Below the pieces are notes generated by a model that saw only the letters and a list, made by a program, of their open reading frames with translations, did not search any database and was not told the DNA's origin. Positions 1 to 7,185 of a stretch of DNA of 25,499 nucleotides are shown here, piece after piece. Positions within the stretch are counted from its first letter, which is position 1. Every line of letters starts with the position of its first letter. Source of the DNA: a virus (Duplodnaviria; Heunggongvirae; Uroviricota; Caudoviricetes); IMG/VR virus record IMGVR_UViG_2671180429_000007; one strand, 5' to 3'. A program made the position numbers and the translations under genes.

Positions 1-47
1 ATCCCGATTCCCTGAGCTGTTAAAGCTACTCGATACCGTTCATTGAG

Positions 48-1043
48 GTGACCGTGAGAGCACTACTGACCCCTGAAATTGCCCCGCGTATGGGGATCGT
101 ATTGTTCAGGCCAGGTTCAGAGCTGATGCCCCTGTTTATGCAGGGGCGTGTCCTGCTGGAGCCAGAGCCGGAACGTTATTCATCTTTCGCCAGTGGTGCC
201 GTTCCGGCGGCAACACAACCGCTGGCGGATGATCCTGCCGTTCGGACCGTGTTCCGCAATGAGGCAGTGATCCGTCGTGCTGGTGGCGTGGAATGTCATG
301 AAAGCTGGTTACTTCGTGAAAAGGGCTGTCAGTGGCCTCATTCTGACTGGCACAGCGAGAACATGACCACAATGCGGCACGCTCCGGGAGCAATTCGTCT
401 GTGCTGGCACTGCGATAACCAGCTGCGTGACCAGTTCACGGAACGGCTGGAATCAATGGCAACGGATAACTGTGCCCGCTGGGTGTTGTCTGTCGTGCGT
501 CGGGATCTCGGTTTTGATGACAGTCACGTTGTGACAATGCCGGAACTGTGCTGGTGGCTGGTTCGTAATGATCTGGCGGATGCCTTACCGGAAAGTGCAG
601 CCCGTAAGGCACTGAGATTACCGAAGCCTGTTGTGCCATCTGTCACCCGGGAAAGTGACCTTGTGCCTTCGGTTCCTGCCACCAGCATCATCCAGGATAA
701 GGCGAAAAAGGTGCTGGCGCTGAAAGTGGATCCGGAGTCGCCGGAGTCTTTTATGTTACGCCCAAAACGTCGCCGCTGGGTTAATGAAAAGTACACGCGC
801 TGGGTTAAGACGCAGCCGTGTGCATGTTGTGGAAAGCCTGCTGATGATCCCCACCATCTGATAGGCCACGGTCAGGGGGGAATGGGTACAAAAGCGCATG
901 ATCTCTTTGTGTTGCCTTTGTGCAGAAAGCATCACGACGAGCTGCATGCGGATACCGTGGCATTTGAAGAGAAGTATGGCTCCCAGCTGGAGTTGATATT
1001 TCGTTTTATCGATCGTGCGCTGGCAATTGGTGTGCTGGCCTGA
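48..1043 (+). CDS. DUF968-like phage protein (YdfU-like) with C-terminal Cys/His-rich motif
   Basis: 331-aa ORF. C-terminal block (RPKRRRWVNEKYTRWVKTQPCACCGKPADDPHHL...LCRKHHDELH) resembles, from memory, the DUF968 proteins found upstream of Q in lambdoid prophages. Start is uncertain: GTG at 48 with a poor RBS, in-frame stop at 21..23. Confidence 0.6.
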   Translation: MTVRALLTPEIAPRMGIVLFRPGSELMPLFMQGRVLLEPEPERYSSFASGAVPAATQPLADDPAVRTVFRNEAVIRRAGGVECHESWLLREKGCQWPHSDWHSENMTTMRHAPGAIRLCWHCDNQLRDQFTERLESMATDNCARWVLSVVRRDLGFDDSHVVTMPELCWWLVRNDLADALPESAARKALRLPKPVVPSVTRESDLVPSVPATSIIQDKAKKVLALKVDPESPESFMLRPKRRRWVNEKYTRWVKTQPCACCGKPADDPHHLIGHGQGGMGTKAHDLFVLPLCRKHHDELHADTVAFEEKYGSQLELIFRFIDRALAIGVLA

Positions 1044-1045
1044 TT

Positions 1046-1417
1046 TTGTGGAGAAAGTTGATGCGTGATATGTATGAAGTAATGGATCGTTGGGGAGCTT
1101 GGGCTGCTTCAGACAATAGCGGAGTGGACTGGCAGCCGATAGCGGCTGGTTTCAAGGGACTTTTACCTCATGGCAAAAAGTCACGGATTCAGTGTGATGA
1201 TGACGAAGGCATCATGATAGACAGTTGTGTGGCTCGGTTGAGAAGGTATAAACCAGAGGAATATGAGCTCATCATCGCCCACTTTGTTATCGGTATCTCA
1301 TTACGCACTATTGCGAAGAAGAGAAAATGCTCTGATGGCACAATTAGGAAGGAACTGCAAACTGCAATGGGGTTTGTTGACGGCTGTTTAGCAATGTTAG
1401 CTTATAGTATGGCATAA
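1046..1417 (+). CDS. Q-type late-gene antiterminator (small Phage_antitermQ-like form)
   Basis: 123-aa ORF immediately after the DUF968 gene. Motifs (RWGAWAA...WQPIAAGFKGLLP...C..D....C..) match my recollection of the small antitermination protein Q family of lambdoid prophages. Position upstream of the lysis cassette fits. Confidence 0.65.
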   Translation: MWRKLMRDMYEVMDRWGAWAASDNSGVDWQPIAAGFKGLLPHGKKSRIQCDDDEGIMIDSCVARLRRYKPEEYELIIAHFVIGISLRTIAKKRKCSDGTIRKELQTAMGFVDGCLAMLAYSMA

Positions 1418-2611
1418 AAAATAAAATAGATTTACTGCCGATTTTTCAAAAAAGACTGGGAACTGTTTATATCCAACGTAAATAAGGCCTCCATAAAACA
1501 TGGCTGATGCGAGATATTTAACAGTTCTCATCCTTTTTTTAGCTTTATCAATCAAACCTGTAATGCTACTCTTAATACTATCTGCATTATCTTTGATTTC
1601 TTTATTTTCTTCAAACTTTAAATACTTATCGAAAGCGGACTCCACTCGAGAACGTAAGTTGTCGAATGTTTCATTGAATATCTCAATAGAAATGTAATTG
1701 ACTTTTTTTATCATCCAAAGTCCTGCGATAATCAATATTGCTTCGGTTGTTTCATTAGCCTTCACTAAGCCACCAGCAGCTATTAATGCACCGGGAATAG
1801 TCAATGCTTTTGTCTGATTAGATGATATGAATTCGTTAATTTTACTCGTGAACTCAAGATTTTTCTCATCGAGTTCGTTAAGAATTTTATTTACAGAAAA
1901 CCTCTTTGTGTAAATCTCATATAGTTCATCATATTTTTTCCTGACGAGTTCAGTAGAGTTAAGCAAGTCAAAGAAATTGAACGTACCATTTGCTTTAAAT
2001 ACTTCGTTTATGGCTGAGCGTATAACGAGCTTGCGCTCGCTTTTGTGTAAATCATTGATTTTTATTGTGTCGAGAAGCTCCTTTATAATTTCATATTTAA
2101 GAGACGAGTTCGATAAGCGATTAATCTCGCTATATTGTAAAAAATGCGTGAGTTCGACTGTATAACTTTTGTCTTCATTGGTGAAAAATAAGACAGAGCA
2201 GTCACTGTTATGATGATCAGCAATTAATGAAAGGATATCTTTCCACATAAAGAAAATATGGATTTTTTCGATGCTTTCATTCTTAGAAGTAGGGAGTATT
2301 AACGGCGTTCCGATGATATAATTTTTCGGAAGAGCGTTTTGGGTGTTTACTCTAGACCAAAAAGACTCAACATTCTCATAAATTATAGCGTCATCCCAAG
2401 ATGAAGCTTGGCGATCTAGCCAAATTTCATTATTTTCGATGCAGGTTGTTGCCTTTTTATAACCTATAGATTGTAACAGTCTAATTATTTCAGAACTATT
2501 TACAATAACAATGCTTTCTTCAAGACTTATGACAGTGTAGTAGCCCTCAACTCTGCTTGAGGCTCCGTTAATAATCTGCGCTAATCTTGATAAGTCATCA
2601 GCAATTGTCAT
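1397..2611 (-). CDS. Hypothetical protein with C-terminal hydrophobic (likely membrane) segments; second gene of AT-rich two-gene moron
   Basis: 404-aa ORF, visibly AT-rich, K/N/I/E-rich. Start codon at 2611..2609 lies 2 nt after the stop of the upstream gene (2616..2614). Hydrophobic stretches ALTIPGALIAAGGLV, AILIIAGLWMI and YLASAMFYGGLIYVGY near the C-terminus. I recognise no family. 3' end overlaps the Q gene 3' end by 21 nt, convergently. Confidence 0.6.
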   Translation of the reverse strand: MTIADDLSRLAQIINGASSRVEGYYTVISLEESIVIVNSSEIIRLLQSIGYKKATTCIENNEIWLDRQASSWDDAIIYENVESFWSRVNTQNALPKNYIIGTPLILPTSKNESIEKIHIFFMWKDILSLIADHHNSDCSVLFFTNEDKSYTVELTHFLQYSEINRLSNSSLKYEIIKELLDTIKINDLHKSERKLVIRSAINEVFKANGTFNFFDLLNSTELVRKKYDELYEIYTKRFSVNKILNELDEKNLEFTSKINEFISSNQTKALTIPGALIAAGGLVKANETTEAILIIAGLWMIKKVNYISIEIFNETFDNLRSRVESAFDKYLKFEENKEIKDNADSIKSSITGLIDKAKKRMRTVKYLASAMFYGGLIYVGYKQFPVFFEKSAVNLFYFLCHTIS

Positions 2612-2613
2612 TA

Positions 2614-3789
2614 TTAGCTGTCTCTATATCTTTTGAGTTCATCATAATTTGCCTGACTCAATTTTATCACAATTTCGCATTTGTTGTCAGTGAGAATTAC
2701 AGGCTTATTTGACTTTTCGTCTCCAATAGCTCCACGCATTATTTTCAACTTAAAATTATTGTCGTTATCTGCCACTTCAATTGTAAGCGCGCTTTCAGCT
2801 GCTTTAGGAGTTGGTTCAAATTGAGGGTCAATCTGGAAACCATTAAGATTAACAAAATCGACAAACGTTCCCTTACATTTGTGTGAATCAGTCAGGCATG
2901 AGTCAATTATTTTTGAAATATCCTCTATCTTAACGGACTTATTTCCGTGTTTATCTTTTGATTTTTTTTCCAGTAAGGATTTAACTTCATTGTCAATAGT
3001 ATCACGCAGTACACGACCGAGTGAGTTTTTACTAGCAAAAATATCTATAGCACTGAATAATTGCTGAATGCTTCTTTTATTGTCCGAATCATGTCGGCAA
3101 CCTAATGAGTCTTTGAAAAAATCGCTTTTAGATTTACCTTGCAAGAAATGTACATATGAGTCACCCTTGTTTTCTGGATAACTGGCTTCGAATAAAGTTA
3201 AATCGAACATCGCAGCCTGCCGTAAGGCATCGGTATTAATTGGATTTAATCTTGTTGGGGTCAACTTATCCGAATCAAAGTCATAGGCGCTTTGTTTATC
3301 AACCATTACGATTAGAAGTTTCCCCAAATCCTCTGGTTCGGTAGACTTATAGTGGATGAAAACAACGCTCCCCCCCTGAAGTTGGGCAACTCTCGATTCG
3401 TTATTAGCATTATGTTTAAGCTTCTCTATTATAGCTCTAGATAAATCAATGAATTCATTATTTTTATTAATGTATTTTTTTAGGATCGTAGGAATGGATG
3501 AAGGGTTGTGATCTGAGTCTAGGAAGTTATGAAATTTGTTTTTTCGGCTAAATTTTTTCTCAATTCTGGTTATGAATTCAGATGTGACTTCATTTTTTAG
3601 ATCCCAAACTTCACCTAATCGATAATCAAATGCTCTTGAATCATTTTTTTCAAGATTTGCTGTTACAGCACCAATAGGAAAGTACGATTGTTTGCCCAGC
3701 ACTACAACATGAGGCGTGGCACCGCATTTATCGCAAGCTACAGTTGGGTCGTCAAGAACATTGCCACATTCTAAACAAGTTATATCCAT
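2614..3789 (-). CDS. Zinc-ribbon protein with NdpA/YejK-like (NA37) nucleoid-associated domain; first gene of AT-rich two-gene moron
   Basis: 391-aa ORF, AT-rich. N-terminus has CxxC...CxxC (CLECGNVLDDPTVACDKCG). Central block GGSVVFIHY...LLIVMVDKQ...AMFDLTLFE...YVHFLQGKSKSDFFKDSLG resembles my recollection of E. coli YejK/NdpA (GGFVLFCHY...ARIDLTEWE...[22 protein letters not shown]). Needs HMM confirmation. Confidence 0.6.
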   Translation of the reverse strand: MDITCLECGNVLDDPTVACDKCGATPHVVVLGKQSYFPIGAVTANLEKNDSRAFDYRLGEVWDLKNEVTSEFITRIEKKFSRKNKFHNFLDSDHNPSSIPTILKKYINKNNEFIDLSRAIIEKLKHNANNESRVAQLQGGSVVFIHYKSTEPEDLGKLLIVMVDKQSAYDFDSDKLTPTRLNPINTDALRQAAMFDLTLFEASYPENKGDSYVHFLQGKSKSDFFKDSLGCRHDSDNKRSIQQLFSAIDIFASKNSLGRVLRDTIDNEVKSLLEKKSKDKHGNKSVKIEDISKIIDSCLTDSHKCKGTFVDFVNLNGFQIDPQFEPTPKAAESALTIEVADNDNNFKLKIMRGAIGDEKSNKPVILTDNKCEIVIKLSQANYDELKRYRDS

Positions 3790-3801
3790 TATATATCCCG
3801 A

Positions 3802-3842
3802 ATTATAAGAATGAATTTTTATGTGGCTGAAAATTCTATCAA
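3802..3842 (-). promoter_or_regulatory. Candidate sigma70-type promoter region for the minus-strand moron operon
   Basis: On the minus strand a perfect TATAAT (plus-strand coordinates 3807..3802) lies about 12 nt upstream of the ATG of the 2614..3789 gene. A TTGATA element (3842..3837) lies further upstream but is not at canonical spacing to that TATAAT. AT-rich UP-like context. Not experimentally defined. Confidence 0.25.
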
Positions 3843-3906
3843 AACACTAACGCGTACGCAAAAAGTATTGTATTGTGTTAAGAGTGGTTACTTCGCCACA
3901 CAGCTT

Positions 3907-3936
3907 AAACCCGCCGTCGAGCGGGTTTTGTCGTTT
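3907..3936 (+). terminator. Rho-independent terminator, candidate tR' of the late operon
   Basis: AAACCCGC-cgtcga-GCGGGTTT hairpin (stem 3910..3914 / 3921..3925, extendable with A-T pairs) followed by TTTTGTCGTTT. Sits between the Q gene and the holin, where lambdoid phages place pR'/qut/tR'. Confidence 0.5.
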
Positions 3937-4080
3937 CTGGGCCTGGGGATTCGTTGGGCCTAGTCTATCCCGCAGTTATCCATTGGCTCGGCTTCTTTGA
4001 CGTTTCCGCTTCTGATTTGCGGTACATGATGTTTCCTCAATTTGCACCTGCTGTATCAGCGAGGTGAGAGATAACTACAA

Positions 4081-4407
4081 ATGCCTCATAACCCAAATAC
4101 TTGGCTGGAGTTGGTCCAGAGCTGGTGGCGTGGAGACACACCGCTGGGCGCAGTGATTATGTCGATCGTTATGGCTGGCTTGCGCATTGCCTATTTTGGC
4201 GGTGGTGGTGGCTGGAAGAGAAAAACGCTCGAGATTTTGCTCTGTGGCGCTCTGACGCTGACCTTTGCATCCGCGCTTGAGTATGTCGGATGGCCTAAAT
4301 CGCTTTCTGTTGCCATTGGTGGTGGCGTTGGGTTGATCGGTGTCGATGCTATTCGTGGGGCTGCAATGAGAGTAATCGGTAACAAGTTTGGTGGCTCTAA
4401 GGAGTAA
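4081..4407 (+). CDS. Phage holin
   Basis: 108-aa ORF directly upstream of the endolysin. Hydrophobic helices (AVIMSIVMAGLRIAYF, LLCGALTLTFASAL, VAIGGGVGLIGV) and charged C-terminal tail. Position is that of lambda S. Confidence 0.75.
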   Translation: MPHNPNTWLELVQSWWRGDTPLGAVIMSIVMAGLRIAYFGGGGGWKRKTLEILLCGALTLTFASALEYVGWPKSLSVAIGGGVGLIGVDAIRGAAMRVIGNKFGGSKE

Positions 4408-4410
4408 TTT

Positions 4411-4887
4411 ATGCAGGTACTAAATTCCCAGCGTAAAGCTTTCCTGGATATGGTGGCATGGTCAGAAGGAACGGATAACGGGCGACAACCGACACGTAAC
4501 CACGGTTATGACGTTATTGTCGGTGGCGAACTCTTCACTGATTACTCCGATCACCCTCGCAAACTTGTCACGCTAAACCCGAAACTCAAATCAACAGCTG
4601 CAGGCCGTTATCAACTTCTTTCACGTTGGTGGGATGCTTACCGCAAGCAGCTTGGGCTGAAAGACTTCTCTCCCAGAAGCCAGGACTCAGTGGCATTACA
4701 GCAGATTAAAGAGCGTGGCGCTTTACCGATGATTGACCGCGGCGATATTCGTCAGGCAATCGACCGTTGCAGCAATATCTGGGCTTCACTGCCGGGCGCT
4801 GGTTATGGTCAGTTCGAGCATAAGGCTGACAGCCTGATTGCAAAATTCAAAGAAGCGGGCGGAACGGTCAGAGAGATTGAGGTATGA
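4411..4887 (+). CDS. R: Endolysin, lambda R-type lytic transglycosylase
   Basis: 158-aa ORF. Sequence ([58 protein letters not shown]...) is near-identical to lambda R as I recall it. Confidence 0.9.
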   Translation: MQVLNSQRKAFLDMVAWSEGTDNGRQPTRNHGYDVIVGGELFTDYSDHPRKLVTLNPKLKSTAAGRYQLLSRWWDAYRKQLGLKDFSPRSQDSVALQQIKERGALPMIDRGDIRQAIDRCSNIWASLPGAGYGQFEHKADSLIAKFKEAGGTVREIEV

Positions 4888-5321
4888 GCAGAGTCACCGC
4901 GATTATCTCCGCTCTGGTTATCTGCATCATCGTCTGCCTGTCATGGGCTGTTAATCATTACCGTGATAACGCCATGACCTACAAAGAGCAGCGCGATAAA
5001 GCCGCATCCATCATCGCTGATATGCAGAAGCGTCAACGTGATGTAGCAGAACTCGACGCCAGATACACAAAGGAGCTTGCTGATGCTAACGCGACTATCG
5101 AAAGTCTCCGTGCTGATGTTTCTGCTGGTCGTAAGCGCCTGCAAGTCGCCGCCACCTGTGCAAAGTCAACGACCGGAGCCAGCAGCATGGGCGATGGAGA
5201 AAGCCCAAGACTTACAGCAGATGCTGAACTCAATTATTACCGTCTCAGAAGTGGAATCAACAGGATAACCGCGCAGGTTAACTACCTGCAGGAATACATC
5301 AGGACGCAATGCCTGAAATGA
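4884..5321 (+). CDS. Rz: i-spanin Rz
   Basis: 145-aa ORF whose N-terminus [30 protein letters not shown] matches lambda Rz. ATGA overlap with the endolysin stop. Confidence 0.9.
   Translation: MSRVTAIISALVICIIVCLSWAVNHYRDNAMTYKEQRDKAASIIADMQKRQRDVAELDARYTKELADANATIESLRADVSAGRKRLQVAATCAKSTTGASSMGDGESPRLTADAELNYYRLRSGINRITAQVNYLQEYIRTQCLK
5077..5268 (+). CDS. Rz1: o-spanin Rz1 (lipoprotein), embedded in Rz in the +1 frame
   Basis: 63-aa ORF entirely inside Rz. Signal peptide with lipobox-like VVSAC followed by a proline-rich segment ([13 protein letters not shown]), as in lambda Rz1. The true start may be an internal Met. Confidence 0.7.
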   Translation: MLMLTRLSKVSVLMFLLVVSACKSPPPVQSQRPEPAAWAMEKAQDLQQMLNSIITVSEVESTG

Positions 5322-5356
5322 TCGGGCGATGAAAACCAAAAAAACAGGAGCAATAC

Positions 5357-5632
5357 ATGACTAAGCTTTATCACCGCATCTCAGCTTTTCTCTCTGGGTG
5401 CTGGGCGTTTATCACGTCTATTTCGTTCGTCATCTTTAGTTTCGGTAGCACAGCATGCTCGCTTAGTCGGGGTCTGTGGCGTGCTATTTCAGCACTAGCG
5501 CCGAAATTTTTACCTGAAAAGGTTGTTTGGCGAATTGTAGAGCGAATGTGTAGTGAGAGCGTTCGCGAGAAGATTAACGTATTTGGACGTCATCCTCGAA
5601 ATACAGGCGCATTGTGCAGTTCGTTACTGTAG
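5357..5632 (+). CDS. Hypothetical small protein, possible membrane protein
   Basis: 91-aa ORF with a strong AGGAG RBS about 7 nt upstream and an N-terminal hydrophobic segment (ISAFLSGCWAFITSISFVIFSF). No family recognised. Confidence 0.35.
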   Translation: MTKLYHRISAFLSGCWAFITSISFVIFSFGSTACSLSRGLWRAISALAPKFLPEKVVWRIVERMCSESVREKINVFGRHPRNTGALCSSLL

Positions 5633-5750
5633 TCATTACAAAGCCCATCTTTGGGTTTGGTTTGTAATTTCGCTGCTGCAATAATCACCAGAAATATGGC
5701 ATTGTAATTGGTGGTCATATGTCATACCCATCAATTACAAAGGAGCAGAC

Positions 5751-6002
5751 ATGTCATCTACAAAATTAGTTAAAACTATCCTTTTCCATGGAGATAATAA
5801 ATATGAAGTTTATGCAACCTCCGAGTACGCTGACGTAGATAGAATCATTCATTACAAGTTACGCTCATGTAAAAACACAGATGGTTCAGATGGCAAGTCT
5901 GAATCTATATGGGTTGTATATAATCCTGCTGTTCAACTACCGGATGATCTGAACTACAAAAAAGTTAGCAACATAGCTCCTTATCTTGAAAAGTTACAAT
6001 AA
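5751..6002 (+). CDS. Hypothetical small protein (AT-rich moron gene)
   Basis: 83-aa ORF, AT-rich, AGGAG RBS upstream, followed by tandem terminator hairpins. No family recognised. Confidence 0.5.
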   Translation: MSSTKLVKTILFHGDNKYEVYATSEYADVDRIIHYKLRSCKNTDGSDGKSESIWVVYNPAVQLPDDLNYKKVSNIAPYLEKLQ

Positions 6003-6021
6003 ACTTCCTTTTCCACATGCT

Positions 6022-6048
6022 AAAAGCCTCGTATTCGCGGGGCTTTTT
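6022..6048 (+). terminator. Rho-independent terminator
   Basis: AAAAGCCUCG-uauucg-CGGGGCUUUUU: stem of about 6 GC-rich pairs (one U.G) plus flanking A/T pairs, then a T-run. Lies 20 nt after the stop of the 5751..6002 ORF. Confidence 0.5.
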
Positions 6049-6060
6049 ATTGTCATTACA

Positions 6061-6087
6061 AAAGCCACTCCCTACAGAGTGGCTTTG
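6061..6087 (+). terminator. Second hairpin, possible bidirectional terminator
   Basis: Perfect 10-bp inverted repeat AAAGCCACTC / GAGTGGCTTT with 6-nt loop CCTACA, followed by TTTG. Confidence 0.4.
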
Positions 6088-6214
6088 ATAATGGTTTATA
6101 CCCTACACGGGATAACTTAACTGATATCCCTTTTAACGGATAAACGGAGCCAACAATGGCAGAGAATGTCGGCATTATGGCAGTTAAATTTGGATAAATC
6201 GGAGATTAGTACAT

Positions 6215-6565
6215 ATGCCGCCACGAATCCCGAAAGCCTGCCGTGCTCGAGGTTGCCGTAATACCACCACTGACCCGTCAGGCTATTGCGAAAGCCACAA
6301 AAGCGAAGGCTGGAAGCAATACAAACCTGGACAATCCCGTCATCAGCGCGGCTACGGTTCGAAGTGGGACAGTATCCGCGCGCGTGTCCTGAAGCGTGAC
6401 AAAGGCCTGTGTCAGTTATGTCTGCGTTCTGGTGTGGTGCGTGAGGCGAAAACTGTTGACCACATCATCCCTAAAGCGCATGGCGGCACTGATGCTGACA
6501 GTAATCTGCAGAGTCTGTGCTGGCCGTGTCATAAGGCGAAGACGGCCCGTGAACGGTTAAAGTGA
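6215..6565 (+). CDS. HNH endonuclease (terminase-associated)
   Basis: 116-aa ORF with Cys-rich N-terminus and HNH motif (VDHIIPKAHGGTDADSNLQSLCWPCHKAK). Lies immediately upstream of the terminase genes, as in HK97-like phages. Confidence 0.85.
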   Translation: MPPRIPKACRARGCRNTTTDPSGYCESHKSEGWKQYKPGQSRHQRGYGSKWDSIRARVLKRDKGLCQLCLRSGVVREAKTVDHIIPKAHGGTDADSNLQSLCWPCHKAKTARERLK

Positions 6566-6681
6566 TAATAATTCTCAACTGTCTGAGGGGAGGGGCGGGT
6601 CAAATCCCTGTGACCTGACGTCTTCCGGACTGCCCGCCCCATCGTTTTTTTATACCCGCGAAAAATGAAATTTAACCAGGA

Positions 6682-7185
6682 GTGCCGCATATGGCTGGAA
6701 CGGCGGGGCGTTCCGGGCGTCGCCCCAAGCCAACGGCGCGCAAGGCGCTGGCCGGAAACCCCGGCAAGCGAGCCCTGAATAAAGATGAACCTGTTTTTAC
6801 GCCCATCAAAGGTGTTGAGCCACCGGAGTGGTTCGCAGAAGAAAATCTCCCTCTCGCCACGATCATGTGGCAACTGACAACCAAAGAACTCTGCGGTCAG
6901 GGCCTGTTGTGCGTGACTGACCTCGCGGTGCTTGAGCGGTGGTGCGTGGCCTATGAGTTCTGGCGACGTGCCGTGAAAAATATTGCCATACAGGGCAACA
7001 CCATCACCGGTGCAATGGGCGGCAGGGTCAAAAATCCGGAGCTGACCGCCAAAAAAGAACAGGAGTCCGAGATGAGCAGCACGGGGGCAATGCTCGGACT
7101 CGACCCCAGCAGCCGCCAGCGTCTGATTGGCCTGGCGGGGCAGAAGAAAGCCACTAACCCGTTTCTGAAAATCATCGAGTCATGA
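6682..7185 (+). CDS. Terminase small subunit
   Basis: 167-aa ORF directly upstream of, and overlapping (ATGA), the large terminase. Basic N-terminus. Resembles the P27-family small terminase. Confidence 0.75.
   Translation: MPHMAGTAGRSGRRPKPTARKALAGNPGKRALNKDEPVFTPIKGVEPPEWFAEENLPLATIMWQLTTKELCGQGLLCVTDLAVLERWCVAYEFWRRAVKNIAIQGNTITGAMGGRVKNPELTAKKEQESEMSSTGAMLGLDPSSRQRLIGLAGQKKATNPFLKIIES

Noticed and set aside
1500-2165. Plus-strand ORFs (1500..1697, 1977..2165) inside the minus-strand 404-aa gene
   Set aside because: Short, low-complexity, antisense to a much longer coherent ORF and with no RBS. Most likely chance ORFs in AT-rich DNA.
1046-3789. Possibility that the Q-to-lysis cargo is a Shiga toxin (stxAB) or other AB5 toxin locus
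   Set aside because: The cargo genes are on the opposite strand, are 391 and 404 aa, and have no signal peptides or resemblance to StxA/StxB as I know them.
4191-4385. Minus-strand ORF within the holin gene and the GGTGGTGGTGGC run near 4200
   Set aside because: The antisense ORF is a proline-rich artefact. The short GGT repeat simply encodes a Gly run in the holin and is not a meaningful tandem repeat.
6140-6215. Tiny ORF (about 13 codons, MAENVGIMAVKFG) upstream of the HNH gene
   Set aside because: Too short and without supporting signals. Probably intergenic.
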